In this document: piece by piece, positions 41,408 to 52,012 of the stretch | How positions within the stretch are numbered: the stretch's first letter is position 1 | How the letters are laid out: every line of letters starts with the position of its first letter | Assembly: GCA_016932045.1 (NCBI GenBank) | Contig: JAFGDO010000010.1 | Span: 1,759-65,758, forward strand | Length of the DNA stretch: 64,000 nucleotides | DNA from: Candidatus Dojkabacteria bacterium | GTDB lineage: Bacteria > Patescibacteriota > Dojkabacteria > JAHIVN01 | Reading direction: 5' to 3' | The notes under the pieces: model-generated | Databases searched by the model: none | What the model was told of the DNA's origin: nothing | Seen by the model: the letters and a program-made list of their open reading frames with translations, nothing else | Translations under genes and position numbers: made by a program

Positions 41408-43171
41408 ATGGCACAAAAAAATGAACAATCCAAAAAAGTATCTGAGATAGAAAGGATGCGGCACAGTTTTGCGCATATACTTGCCCATGCTGTTATGCAT
41501 TTATTTCCAGAGGCCAAGCTTGGTATAGGACCGGCTATTGAAAACGGATTTTACTATGATTTTGACCTTCCAAAGCAACTTACTCCAGAAGATCTACCAA
41601 AGATAGAAAAAGAGATGAAAAAACTTATTGCTGAAGAATTACCTTTTCAGCAATTAAATCTCAACAGAGATGAAGCTATGGACATGCTGCTTCAGCAGGG
41701 ACAACTATACAAAACTGAGCTACTGAATGAAATTCCTGATGAGGAAGTCAGTTTCTACAGAACTGGGAATGAATTTATGGATATGTGCAGAGGTCCTCAT
41801 GTTGAGCATACAGGACAGCTGGGGGCATTTAAACTTATGAGTGTAGCCGGAGCTTATTGGAGAGGGGATGAGAAGAGACCACAAATGCAGCGTATTTATG
41901 GTGTAGCATTTAAAACTGAGCAGGAACTGAAAAAACATCTTGAGAACCTAAAAGAATTAAAGAATCGCGACCACAGAAAGCTTGGAAAAGAGCTGGATCT
42001 ATTCTTAATTGATGAAACTGTCGGACAAGGGCTAGTTATGTGGTTACCCAAGGGATCTCAAATAAGAAAAATCATCGAGGACTTTGAGTATAAAGAGAGA
42101 ATTAAATTAGGGTATGAACCTGTTTATACTCCACATATAGGTAGTCTAAAATTATTTAAAGAATCAGGACATTGGCAGCATTACCGTGACTCAATGTACG
42201 CACCAATCGAAATAGATAAGGAAAAATACCTTCTTAAGCCCATGAATTGTCCTTTCCATGCCAAGATTTACTCAAGAAAAATTCGAAGTTATCGTGATCT
42301 TCCAATAAAGTACTGCGAATATGGAACTGTATATAGATATGAGAAGTCTGGAGAACTATCTGGACTGACTCGTGTAAGAGGATTTACTCAAGATGATGCT
42401 CATATCTATTTCCGTGAAGACCAAACGAAAGAGCTTGTCATAGAAACAATCCAAGCAACAATAAGACTGATAACTGCATTCGGCTTTGATAACTATCGTG
42501 TAAGGCTATCTTTAAGAGACCAAAAAGATAAAGAAAAATTCATAGATAAACCAGAAGCTTGGGCAAAAGCAGAAAAAGGACTGAGAGACGCACTTAAAGA
42601 AATGGAAGTAGATTATATAGAGGAAATAGGAGAGGCGGCCTTTTACGGGCCTAAAGTTGATTTTCTTGTGAAAGATGCATTGGGAAGAGAAGAGCAGTGT
42701 GGCACAGTACAACTTGATTTCAATGTCCCTGAAAGATTTAAGTTAACCTATATTGACGAGAATGGAAAGGAACAGCAGCCTGTTATGATTCACTGGGCAC
42801 CGCTCGGTTCATTTGAGCGTTTCTTCTCGCGAATTATAGAGCACTATGGTGGAGCATTTCCTGCTTGGTTATCACCATTACAGGCAAGAATTATCCCGAT
42901 TTCCAAAAAGTTTAACAACTACGCGAAAATAGTAAAGGAGGAACTTGATAAAAGAGATATTCGCTCCGCTATTGATGAGAGGGATGAGACACTGCAAGCT
43001 AAGATACGAGATTCAGAAATGGATAAGATTCCTTATATGTTGGTCATAGGGAAAAAGGAACAAGCAAATAAAGCTGTTGCTGTAAGACCAAGAACTGGAG
43101 CAGACTTGGGAATGATGAAACTCGATGAATTCATTGAACGGATAGAGGAGGAAATCCAAGCAAAAAAATAG
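41408..43171 (+). CDS. thrS: Threonine--tRNA ligase lacking the TGS domain
   Basis: RHSFAH, GPAIENGFYYD, CRGPH, RDHRKLG, KPMNCP, RVRGFTQDDAH, GSFERF. Confidence 0.97.
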   Translation: MAQKNEQSKKVSEIERMRHSFAHILAHAVMHLFPEAKLGIGPAIENGFYYDFDLPKQLTPEDLPKIEKEMKKLIAEELPFQQLNLNRDEAMDMLLQQGQLYKTELLNEIPDEEVSFYRTGNEFMDMCRGPHVEHTGQLGAFKLMSVAGAYWRGDEKRPQMQRIYGVAFKTEQELKKHLENLKELKNRDHRKLGKELDLFLIDETVGQGLVMWLPKGSQIRKIIEDFEYKERIKLGYEPVYTPHIGSLKLFKESGHWQHYRDSMYAPIEIDKEKYLLKPMNCPFHAKIYSRKIRSYRDLPIKYCEYGTVYRYEKSGELSGLTRVRGFTQDDAHIYFREDQTKELVIETIQATIRLITAFGFDNYRVRLSLRDQKDKEKFIDKPEAWAKAEKGLRDALKEMEVDYIEEIGEAAFYGPKVDFLVKDALGREEQCGTVQLDFNVPERFKLTYIDENGKEQQPVMIHWAPLGSFERFFSRIIEHYGGAFPAWLSPLQARIIPISKKFNNYAKIVKEELDKRDIRSAIDERDETLQAKIRDSEMDKIPYMLVIGKKEQANKAVAVRPRTGADLGMMKLDEFIERIEEEIQAKK

Positions 43172-43295
43172 TAACAAAATCTTTTAAAATATAAGTAAAA
43201 ATTCTAGATTCTCTACTTTTATTGAAAAAGGGTTGATATTCTGTGTGAATTTGCTATTATTAGCCTAATACTTTTTAATTTTTATACAAACTACA

Positions 43296-43856
43296 ATAGC
43301 ATATCCAAAACAGTCGCGTCCTAAGATTCCTTTTTACAGAAGGAATGATTACATTCGAATTTCTCCAATTCGATTAATTGACGAGAAAGGGAATAACCTC
43401 GGAGAGGTAGAAACACCCAAAGCACTAGAAATGGCTCGAGAAAAAGGACTCGATCTTATCGAGGTCGCTCCAAGTGTCAGGCCGCCTGTGTGCAAAATTC
43501 TTTCTTGGTCAAAATTTAAATATGACTTATCCAAGAAACAACGCTCATCCTCTAAGGGAAAAGCAAAAGAGATGAAGGAAATGTGGTTTTCTCCATATAT
43601 TGGAGAGGGAGATATCAATCATAAACTAAAAAGGGTAGAAGAATTTTTATCCAAGAAGCATCCCGTCAAGCTTACAATTCGTGTCAGGGGCAGAGTACAC
43701 AACGAAGTTGTGACTGCACAACTCGAAAAGATTCTTGGATTACTCGAAGGGAAATTTGAGACAGAAGAAAAACCAAGAAGAGAGGGGAGAAATCTTTCAA
43801 TAATCATATTTCCACCCAAGAAAATTTCAAAAACTGACGATAAAGAAAAGAAATAG
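43296..43856 (+). CDS. infC: Translation initiation factor IF-3 with non-canonical start
   Basis: RNDYIRISPIRLIDEKG lies upstream of the ATG at 43431; only ATA/ATT codons in frame after the TAA at 43266. Confidence 0.9.
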   Translation: MAYPKQSRPKIPFYRRNDYIRISPIRLIDEKGNNLGEVETPKALEMAREKGLDLIEVAPSVRPPVCKILSWSKFKYDLSKKQRSSSKGKAKEMKEMWFSPYIGEGDINHKLKRVEEFLSKKHPVKLTIRVRGRVHNEVVTAQLEKILGLLEGKFETEEKPRREGRNLSIIIFPPKKISKTDDKEKK

Positions 43857-43933
43857 ACAAAAATTTATTAGCAATAATTTTTGAACTCTATAACTTAGAA
43901 CATTAATATCAACTTAAGGTAGCTACTCTTGGC

Positions 43934-44239
43934 ATGATAAAGCGTAATGAACCATTTGTATGCATAAATTGCAAGAAAAAAGTAAAACCTGCCCTATCCG
44001 GCAAGTGCAGAAATCACTGTAATTTTTGCCTATTTTCACAGCATATTGATATAGTCCCGGGAGATAGGAGACATCCTTGCAAAGGCATAATGAAGCCAAT
44101 AAGGATAGAAAAGCGGAAAAAAGGGTTATATATTTTACATAAATGCGAGAAATGCGGGCTTAAAAAGTGGAATAAAATTCTAGAAGATGATAGAATCAGT
44201 AGTCAGTATAAAGTAAACAACACGAAGAAAGCGACCTAA
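43934..44239 (+). CDS. RNHCP domain zinc-binding protein
   Basis: FVCINC, CRNHCNFCLFSQH, PGDR...C.G.M.P, HKCEKCG. Confidence 0.88.
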   Translation: MIKRNEPFVCINCKKKVKPALSGKCRNHCNFCLFSQHIDIVPGDRRHPCKGIMKPIRIEKRKKGLYILHKCEKCGLKKWNKILEDDRISSQYKVNNTKKAT

Positions 44240-44339
44240 ACTCCTGGTGAAGTTGAAATTATGAGCTTTTTCTGATATAAGAATTAGTCCGGTTTGTTAA
44301 ATCTACTTATAGGCGTTTTACTCTGAATAAACTATTACA

Positions 44340-44540
44340 ATGAAAATACATCAAGGTATAAAGAAGAGATTTAAAAAAAGCAGGCCTAAAATGGGCCAGT
44401 TTAAACTTAAATATCAATCTAAGGGTAGAGGCAGTAAACACCTCAAAACTAAACAAACAAGACAGAGAAGAAGACGCATTCGACAGACAAAAAGTGCAAT
44501 CATACACAAAAACATAAGAAGAGCTACCAGCTCTTTATAA
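44340..44540 (+). CDS. rpmI: 50S ribosomal protein L35 (divergent)
   Basis: MKIHQGIKKRFK...HLKTK...RRRR; lies between infC and rplT. Confidence 0.85.
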   Translation: MKIHQGIKKRFKKSRPKMGQFKLKYQSKGRGSKHLKTKQTRQRRRRIRQTKSAIIHKNIRRATSSL

Positions 44541-44569
44541 TTTGCTAAATTCATGAAAACTTTTTAATT

Positions 44570-44914
44570 ATGAGAGTCAAACGAGGAACAATCAAAAGAA
44601 GAAAGCATAAGAAGATTCTAAAAGCTGCAAAGGGCTATAGACTATCTTACAGTAAACTTTACCGAAGAGCTAAGGAAGCCTTGCTGCACGCCGGACAATA
44701 CTCCTATGCTCATCGTAAGAAAAGACAAAACGAATTTAGAAAGCTCTGGATACAAAGAATCAATGGTGCTCTTAGCCAGTTTGATCTTAAATATAGTAGA
44801 TTTATTAAACTACTAAAAGACTCAAAGATAGATCTAAACCGCAAAATGCTTGCAGATCTTGCAGTAAATGATCCCCAAGCCTTCGAAAATGTTGTTGAGA
44901 AGGTGAAGAAGTAA
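44570..44914 (+). CDS. rplT: 50S ribosomal protein L20
   Basis: [31 protein letters not shown]. Confidence 0.97.
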   Translation: MRVKRGTIKRRKHKKILKAAKGYRLSYSKLYRRAKEALLHAGQYSYAHRKKRQNEFRKLWIQRINGALSQFDLKYSRFIKLLKDSKIDLNRKMLADLAVNDPQAFENVVEKVKK

Positions 44915-44989
44915 CCTCCACTCTTCTGCCTATTATCTTATAACCTTTCGCATTAGTATATCCTGAATTTTGACAATGCATTACATACC

Positions 44990-47900
44990 TTATGGTACAA
45001 ATCTTCCACCATTATCCCTTACCCTAATAAAGTAACCTCCAACCTCAAATATCTTGAAATCATTTCCATAAGGTATATCATTTTCCTTGATGAAGTTTTC
45101 ATATCTTCCATTATCCCATCTAGTTATTGTATCAGCCTTAATCCCGTCACCGTTTATCGCATCTAGTAAACTATCTGATGTGTATTCTGTCTCTGGTGAA
45201 ACAATACTAACAAGATTCCAGCCTCTCTCAAATTCTATTGGCAAACTTTCTTCAATTTCAGCTCCCTTAAACATTACCTTGCCAGCATTATAGACTTTAA
45301 TAAAATACCCTTGCCCAGGAATAATACTAAAATTATTTGAAAAACTTATTCCATTTCTTTGAGAATAAACATACCACCTCCCTCCAAAATAAGTTGCTAC
45401 ATGAGTAGCATATACTCCTTGATCATTGATATTTTCAAGTAAAGACTTTGCATCTCCAACATTACTCCCTTCCTCTATCTTAGTATAATTGGGAATGGAT
45501 ATTATGTTCCAACCCACATCTAAATTTATAAAGACTCCATTTGATATTTTTACCTTTTCAAGACTTGATATCTTTACTTCAGTCTCCATAGGATCCATCT
45601 CCCCATTATTATTCCAATCCCAATATATTATTGAATTTCCACTCAATTTAACTATATCGCTAGTTATCTCCATCTTTCTTTCCTCCGCAACCTCCGCCTC
45701 GACTTTTCTGATAAGGCCTTTATTTGTATCATCAACATATTTATACCCATCACTACTAGTGCAACCTAAAGCATCTTTAAGCATTTCCATATTTGTATCT
45801 CCTGGATCGGGATTATGATATTCTCCTCCTGGTCCCGTTAGCGTTCTCTCGCTGTGTCCGATGACGGAACATTTATCATGGATAAAACCTGAGACTTCCC
45901 ATGTTTCTATCAGATCAACCATAGAATCAATCTGTTCTTGCGAAAAATCACTACCTGACTGTCCAACATTTTCTATAGCAATACCACGAATATTTCCTTC
46001 TTGTTCACCCGCATGAAGAGCAACCTGTTCAATATTAGTAACCTGAGTTATAACACCATTTCGATCAATGACGACATGAGCATAAGGAATAAGATTCCCA
46101 TCTGGATCAATAACATTATCTCTCCAATATGTAGCAATATTTAGTCCAGTGACATCGTCTCCGGTTTGATGAATCCACACTGCATCCTTATTTGATGTAT
46201 TATTTGAAGAATTATAATTATATGTACTTAATAAATCCTGATCATAATTATTTGACACATGTTCTCCTACCAATGAGGTTCTATCTCCACTAGAAATATC
46301 ATAATATGTGATTTCTAAATCTATAGGTGCTAAACCCACGTTTGTTATCGGAGGACAGTCATCTCCTGATGCAATAGGAAAACAAGGATCATCTGGATCT
46401 GCGTCGTTTATATCATTTATGCCATCTCCATCGGAATCAAGTCTAGGATTAACACAAGAACCTGATAAACACTCTAATCCATACCTACAATTATTAAAAT
46501 AAACACCCGAAGCCTGCCTCCATTCGCAGGGTTCACCATGACTTTTATCGCATACACCAAATAATGCTATACAGTCAGGACGACAATCGGGCTGATTATG
46601 AACTGGTACACAATCATTATCGTATTGAACAATCTCTACCAAACTATGGTACGAACCAGCCAAGAAAGCTTCTTTACTACAATTAAACCAATGCTGTCCA
46701 TTTTGAACAATATTATTGCTATCACTTAAAGATCCATTACAAGCACTTCTATACTCATGAGGATACGTATCAACTATATGGACTGTACCATTCAAACATA
46801 TATAAATATCTCCACTCCCTAACTCTATAAAACTTCCCTCAGGATGCCCTTCAATACCTAACTCATTGCAGGTTATATCACGTTTCGTATCCAAAATAGA
46901 AACTTCCCAAAACGCTTCGTAATTATTATTTATTTGTCTAATGCTGCATAACGCTAAATAGGTTACATCGTTTTCTTCAAACTTCCTGCTACCATGAACA
47001 CTTATACCTTCTGGAACATATCTTTCAAGCAAATCGTGGTACGAACTAACAGACTCCCAGTGATCCCTACCTACATCGCATGACATATTTTCGTTTACAC
47101 GATCTTCAACATCACTTTGTTCCTGACCTACTGCGCACTTATCATTTCTACCTGTAGGCATTTTTGTACATCCATATGAACCACATTCCTGATTTAAAGT
47201 ACAATCATCTGATTTCGTACAATAATACAAATTATTACCATAACAATATAAACCTACCCCTCCCCAATCATCACTACTTATTGTAACAACTCCGTCACCT
47301 TTTGTAGTTGGTCCTCCGACATCCGCAATATTATTACAAATACCATATTGACCTGGCCCAAAATCGCTAATTTCCCTACACCCAGCATCTCCACAATCAG
47401 TATAAATTTTACAATTTGACTTTGTCAGACATGCATATACATCATTATCGTAGCAGTACAATCCCTCCCCCTTCCATTTATCGTCAGGAATTTTTTGATC
47501 AGATGTAACAGATGGTGTTCCACCACTAAAACATCTATCATTTTTTCCTACCGGCATCTTCTCACACCCAGATTCATTACATTCTAGGTTCTTTGAGCAA
47601 GTAGTTTTATTTGAGCAATAATATAAGTCATTGTCATAACAGTATAATCCGGCTCCTCCCCAATCTTCATCACTAATGTATTGTGTTGTGCCTGGAGTAG
47701 CTGGAGTAGAAGGAGGAACCGTTGTTGTAGTACCAACGCATTTTGAATTCCAACAAGGCTGTGGTTTACAGATTGAATCACAGCTTTTAGGATTTCCCCA
47801 GTCCCAATCTCCTAAATCAGGGTTGCAATAATAGGCTATACAAGTATCATTAGTACAATGCCAACCACTTAATCCACCGCAATCAGCCGCATAAATCTGA

Positions 47901-48766
47901 TTTATTAAACTACTATTACTTTTTTCTAATTCGATAGGACTATATGGTTCTGTATATATATCACCCAAAGGTTGTAATTTTTCCGAAGGTATGTTTCTAA
48001 CTTGCGTCCATTCGTTTGAAGTAATAATTTCAAGATCAACAATGAAATCGCTATTTATATCAAAAAACTCTTCAAGATTTTCTTGTCTAAGTAAACCTAT
48101 ATCTATACTCCAGCCGGACTCGGTATTTATCAAAGTACTAGCAACCTGAGATTGTTTTTCATGAATGTTGCTATCATCTGTTTCTATTGACTTAAGACTC
48201 AGCAAAACAATCCCTTCATCCAAGGATTCTCTCTTAGAATTAAATACCCTGCCATATACTGGATATGGACTTTTTAATTCATCTGCGATATCAATTGTTT
48301 CAAGTGGTGGATACTCATAATCTACACTCCTCATACCTGTACTTACCTTATAGTAATATTTACTATTAGGATTTAACTCTCTTAGTATTACATAATGAAC
48401 ATAATATTCACGCCACTGATTTATTTTATATACTCCATATTCAACCTCTTCAATATCTCTTTCATCATAAGCTCTATCTTTGCCAATGTATCTAAAAATA
48501 GGGAACCATTTATCCTCTTTTGCATAAATAACACTACCACAAGTTGGACTATCGCTAATCCATGTAACTGTCGCACTCGTACCTGTAATATTTGTAACTC
48601 TAACATCTCTTATCTCTGATGTCCTTTCGCTTAAAAAATTTACACCAATCACAATTATTGTTAAAAGGAAAATAACAATCGTAGAAACTACCAACAGCAG
48701 TCCCATCTTAGAGGATCTAAAAAAAACTAAAAACCTATTCAAATAATTATCTTTAGAATTTGCCAT
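44990..48766 (-). CDS. Giant membrane-anchored protein: FN3/PAP-N-like domain, three Cys-rich repeats, Amidase_2 domain, C-terminal GWN repeats
   Basis: VTNITGTSATVTW; G.GLYCY.N..Y.C x3; DSDGDG motif; IHQTG...AHVVIDRNG...HAG...IENVG...GHSE...DPG. Confidence 0.8.
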   Translation of the reverse strand: MANSKDNYLNRFLVFFRSSKMGLLLVVSTIVIFLLTIIVIGVNFLSERTSEIRDVRVTNITGTSATVTWISDSPTCGSVIYAKEDKWFPIFRYIGKDRAYDERDIEEVEYGVYKINQWREYYVHYVILRELNPNSKYYYKVSTGMRSVDYEYPPLETIDIADELKSPYPVYGRVFNSKRESLDEGIVLLSLKSIETDDSNIHEKQSQVASTLINTESGWSIDIGLLRQENLEEFFDINSDFIVDLEIITSNEWTQVRNIPSEKLQPLGDIYTEPYSPIELEKSNSSLINQIYAADCGGLSGWHCTNDTCIAYYCNPDLGDWDWGNPKSCDSICKPQPCWNSKCVGTTTTVPPSTPATPGTTQYISDEDWGGAGLYCYDNDLYYCSNKTTCSKNLECNESGCEKMPVGKNDRCFSGGTPSVTSDQKIPDDKWKGEGLYCYDNDVYACLTKSNCKIYTDCGDAGCREISDFGPGQYGICNNIADVGGPTTKGDGVVTISSDDWGGVGLYCYGNNLYYCTKSDDCTLNQECGSYGCTKMPTGRNDKCAVGQEQSDVEDRVNENMSCDVGRDHWESVSSYHDLLERYVPEGISVHGSRKFEENDVTYLALCSIRQINNNYEAFWEVSILDTKRDITCNELGIEGHPEGSFIELGSGDIYICLNGTVHIVDTYPHEYRSACNGSLSDSNNIVQNGQHWFNCSKEAFLAGSYHSLVEIVQYDNDCVPVHNQPDCRPDCIALFGVCDKSHGEPCEWRQASGVYFNNCRYGLECLSGSCVNPRLDSDGDGINDINDADPDDPCFPIASGDDCPPITNVGLAPIDLEITYYDISSGDRTSLVGEHVSNNYDQDLLSTYNYNSSNNTSNKDAVWIHQTGDDVTGLNIATYWRDNVIDPDGNLIPYAHVVIDRNGVITQVTNIEQVALHAGEQEGNIRGIAIENVGQSGSDFSQEQIDSMVDLIETWEVSGFIHDKCSVIGHSERTLTGPGGEYHNPDPGDTNMEMLKDALGCTSSDGYKYVDDTNKGLIRKVEAEVAEERKMEITSDIVKLSGNSIIYWDWNNNGEMDPMETEVKISSLEKVKISNGVFINLDVGWNIISIPNYTKIEEGSNVGDAKSLLENINDQGVYATHVATYFGGRWYVYSQRNGISFSNNFSIIPGQGYFIKVYNAGKVMFKGAEIEESLPIEFERGWNLVSIVSPETEYTSDSLLDAINGDGIKADTITRWDNGRYENFIKENDIPYGNDFKIFEVGGYFIRVRDNGGRFVP

Positions 48767-48848
48767 AGAGGATAAATAAAAGATTATGTATCTTAAATAA
48801 TAAAAATATTATGATATAGAAACTACATTGTGTCAAAGGTAGGAATTA

Positions 48849-50114
48849 TTACCAATCTTCCACATCTTTTACCACTTTTTCCTCCCACCATTTCTTACAA
48901 TTACTGTTTATAAAAACTATAATCCACCCAGCTCCAGCAGTAAATACTATAAGACCGAACATTGTTCTAAAAAGCCAGTAATCTTCAAATCCAGTACTTG
49001 GCAAATCAGTTCCTGTATTTTGAGTTGTTTGTTGTTCCGCTTCAGGTGCAGGATCCTGCGAAGTAGTAGCAGTGACTTCAGATTCAATTGTAAAATTACT
49101 GCCAGCAGTTGAAGCAAAAATCTCGTCATTATAGCCTGTTTTCTCAGCCCGAATATTTAAAATTTTATCTTCAAGTTCATCTAATGCCACAGCGCTTACA
49201 TACCCCGTATAACTATCCGGACCGTATAATTTCACCTGCAATCCATTTTCTGACGAGTAGGGAAAATAAGAAACAAGATCTTGTTCCCTCGCTATACCAA
49301 TTACAAGTTCTACTCCGCCTGTAGCGTTATATATTCCACTAACTATCGACGACTCCTCTCCATGTATGTCAATCTGTTTTGCAAGTACTAAATAATCTAC
49401 ATCAGAAAAACCTGCAACCTTATTTGAAGTTATAGAAACCGAGGCAGGAGTTGAGGGTGAAGAGGTAAGTTGTGCACTTGCATAGCTATATGGCTTCCCA
49501 TTATCATTAAATTCCTCATCATTTGAGACAATTGTGAAATAATACGTTAAGCCTTCTATATCTAGATCTTCATCTGAATTAATAATGGTCACATGATGGG
49601 TAAAGCGTTTTTCTAGATTATTAGTGTTTTCTTCTCTGTCGTCATACTCAGTACGCACAAGTTCTGTTTCATCTGTACCAAATTGAATATAACCTGTTTG
49701 TGCTGTATCTGTAACCCAAGCAATACTCCATATCCTAAAATCCTCATTTGTGATTTGAACTTTTTGAGGAGTATTTTCTTTGATTGTTTCAGTTGCTTGC
49801 TCCTCTGGTTTTTCCTCTACACTAGGCATCTCTTCTTCTACTTCACCCTCAGGTTCCGCAGCATACACATCATTAGCTCCAAGTCTTACTACAGGAAGAG
49901 ATGGAACACCTTGACTGCTTAAGCATACTAACCCCTCGGGACAATTTGACACCGAGCCATCGGACTCCCATAAACTTTCTAATTCTTCATCGGTTCGAGT
50001 AGAAGGACCCGTAGTTTTATCAGTACCGCTTTCTCTTGTAAAGAAAAAGAAAATACCTATACCAATAGATATTGCAATAAACACCAAAATTATTAGCACT
50101 ATTTTATCCTTCAT
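48849..50114 (-). CDS. Surface protein with FN3/PAP-N-like domain and LPSTG sorting-like signal
   Basis: N-terminal TM; SIAWVTD...G...THHV; LPSTG then hydrophobic helix and KK. Confidence 0.72.
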   Translation of the reverse strand: MKDKIVLIILVFIAISIGIGIFFFFTRESGTDKTTGPSTRTDEELESLWESDGSVSNCPEGLVCLSSQGVPSLPVVRLGANDVYAAEPEGEVEEEMPSVEEKPEEQATETIKENTPQKVQITNEDFRIWSIAWVTDTAQTGYIQFGTDETELVRTEYDDREENTNNLEKRFTHHVTIINSDEDLDIEGLTYYFTIVSNDEEFNDNGKPYSYASAQLTSSPSTPASVSITSNKVAGFSDVDYLVLAKQIDIHGEESSIVSGIYNATGGVELVIGIAREQDLVSYFPYSSENGLQVKLYGPDSYTGYVSAVALDELEDKILNIRAEKTGYNDEIFASTAGSNFTIESEVTATTSQDPAPEAEQQTTQNTGTDLPSTGFEDYWLFRTMFGLIVFTAGAGWIIVFINSNCKKWWEEKVVKDVEDW

Positions 50115-50123
50115 TACTTAATT

Positions 50124-50858
50124 CTATTCATTTATTTGTATGATTTGAGTCGTAACTCTTCCTTCCCCCCTGTCACCTCCCTCCGCAACAATATATAGGG
50201 TAGCACTATTATATTCAGTAAAGTAATCGGAAAGGTCGGCTAACCTTAAATTCGAAAGATCAAATGTATACCGCCTATCTAGAGTCAAAGCCGATAATTC
50301 ATTTGATACCAAACCATCTTTTTCAGCATATAAGTAAACTATCAGATCCTCATTTGAACCTGATGAGTCTTCAACTTCTCCCTTAACTGGTTGTGGCATT
50401 TGCACAGTCTCCAATGTAGAACCAGTTCTAAATTGGTAAAGCTGATTTTGAGACATCTTGTATTCTTTCCCGCCAACGGCAATGAGATAATAATAGCTTG
50501 AATCAGGGTTTAATCCGACAAGATCAACATAGTGAAGGGTATACTGTCCATTTGCCTCTCCTATATCTCTAATATCAAATGCAATCTGACTAACTTCTGG
50601 TTGATTCCCAAACTTAACAAACCCGATTGTTTCAACCGTAGGAGTGACCCATGAAATCGTAGCCGATGTATCTGTAATATTTGTAACTACAACATTCTGG
50701 GGGACCTCTGTTGGAAGAGCTTTTGTGCGCATCTCGGTTATATACATAACACCGCTGACAGAAAGCGGGATCAAGATTACCGCGATAAAAAGGATAATGA
50801 TCAATGTCCTAAATTTTCGTTGCTGTTTTTTTTGTGGAAAGGACTCATCTTCTGACAT
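50124..50858 (-). CDS. Membrane-anchored FN3/PAP-N-like domain protein
   Basis: PQNVVVTNITDTSATISWVT, LHYVDLVGLNPDSSYYY. Confidence 0.78.
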   Translation of the reverse strand: MSEDESFPQKKQQRKFRTLIIILFIAVILIPLSVSGVMYITEMRTKALPTEVPQNVVVTNITDTSATISWVTPTVETIGFVKFGNQPEVSQIAFDIRDIGEANGQYTLHYVDLVGLNPDSSYYYLIAVGGKEYKMSQNQLYQFRTGSTLETVQMPQPVKGEVEDSSGSNEDLIVYLYAEKDGLVSNELSALTLDRRYTFDLSNLRLADLSDYFTEYNSATLYIVAEGGDRGEGRVTTQIIQINE

Positions 50859-50944
50859 TGATTTTTTTCATATCTAACCATATAATTAAAGCGTTTTATT
50901 ATAATTCTATAAAAGAAACTAACACTATAGTACAATATTGTGAT

Positions 50945-51961
50945 ATGACAATCAAACAACTAGAAAAAATCACAAAAAAAGCATCCGATGAACTATTACA
51001 AGCCAAGGATCAAAGAGATCTTGAAAAGCTCAGGATAAAGTACCTCGGACGCAAGAGTGAGTTAACCAGGATTCTTCGTTCAATAAAGAATTTACCACAA
51101 AAAAAGAGACCAATAATGGGAGCAAAGGCAAATGAAATAAGAAAAAGAATTGAAGACTTATACAATGATGCCACAGAAAAGATGAAAATTAGCAAGGCAC
51201 TAGATAAAGATGAAGAAATCGATGTAACAATACCAGTAAAAGCTCAAGCTATTGGGCACATCCACCCAATAACGCAAATGCTTTGGAGAGCTGAAGAAAT
51301 ATTTCAAAAAATGGGATTTGAAATATTTGAGCCCTTTGAAATCGATGACGATTACCATAACTTCGAAAGTGTAAATATCCCACCTGGTCACCCTGCAAGA
51401 GACTTATGGGACACATTCTGGACTGAGGACGGGTTTATCCCCATAACTCACACATCTTCTATGCAAGTGCGAATTCTTAAATCAAGAAAACCTCCAATAA
51501 GAGCTGTTGTACCGGGAAAAGTATTCAGAAACGAGAGAACCGACCCAAGGCACGAACACACTCTCTCACAAATAGAAGGCATATATGTGGACAAAGGCAT
51601 TTCTCTCTCTGACATGATCGGAACTTTAAAGACTTTTTTTGATGCTTTTTATGGAAAAGATGTACAAGTGAAAGTTGTACCCGACTACTTTCCTTTTGTC
51701 GAACCTGGAAATGGCATGAATTTAAGCTGTGTTATATGTGATATGAAAGGTTGTAGAGTTTGCAAACATACTGGATGGTTAGAAATTTTGGGCTGCGGGA
51801 TGATCCATCCAAATGTTTTACGAGAGGGAGGAATTGACCCTGATGTGTACTCAGGATTTGCATGGGGGTTTGGCCTGGACAGATTGGTAATGCTAAAGTA
51901 CGGCATAGAAGACATACGGCATTTCCGAAATGGCGATCTAAGATTCATAAGACAGTTTTAA
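50945..51961 (+). CDS. pheS: Phenylalanine--tRNA ligase alpha subunit
   Basis: HPARDLWDTF, THTSSMQ, YFPFVEP, WLEILGCGMIHPNV, GFAWGFGLDR; ATG at 50945. Confidence 0.97.
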   Translation: MTIKQLEKITKKASDELLQAKDQRDLEKLRIKYLGRKSELTRILRSIKNLPQKKRPIMGAKANEIRKRIEDLYNDATEKMKISKALDKDEEIDVTIPVKAQAIGHIHPITQMLWRAEEIFQKMGFEIFEPFEIDDDYHNFESVNIPPGHPARDLWDTFWTEDGFIPITHTSSMQVRILKSRKPPIRAVVPGKVFRNERTDPRHEHTLSQIEGIYVDKGISLSDMIGTLKTFFDAFYGKDVQVKVVPDYFPFVEPGNGMNLSCVICDMKGCRVCKHTGWLEILGCGMIHPNVLREGGIDPDVYSGFAWGFGLDRLVMLKYGIEDIRHFRNGDLRFIRQF

Positions 51962-52012
51962 TTTCTATACTAAAGAATTAACAAATAATTTATTGAGAAT
52001 TGTTTCTCTATA

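Noticed and set aside
50859-50944. T-box or pheM-like leader before pheS
   Set aside because: Short divergent AT-rich spacer with no UGGNACC, Phe-rich uORF or terminator.
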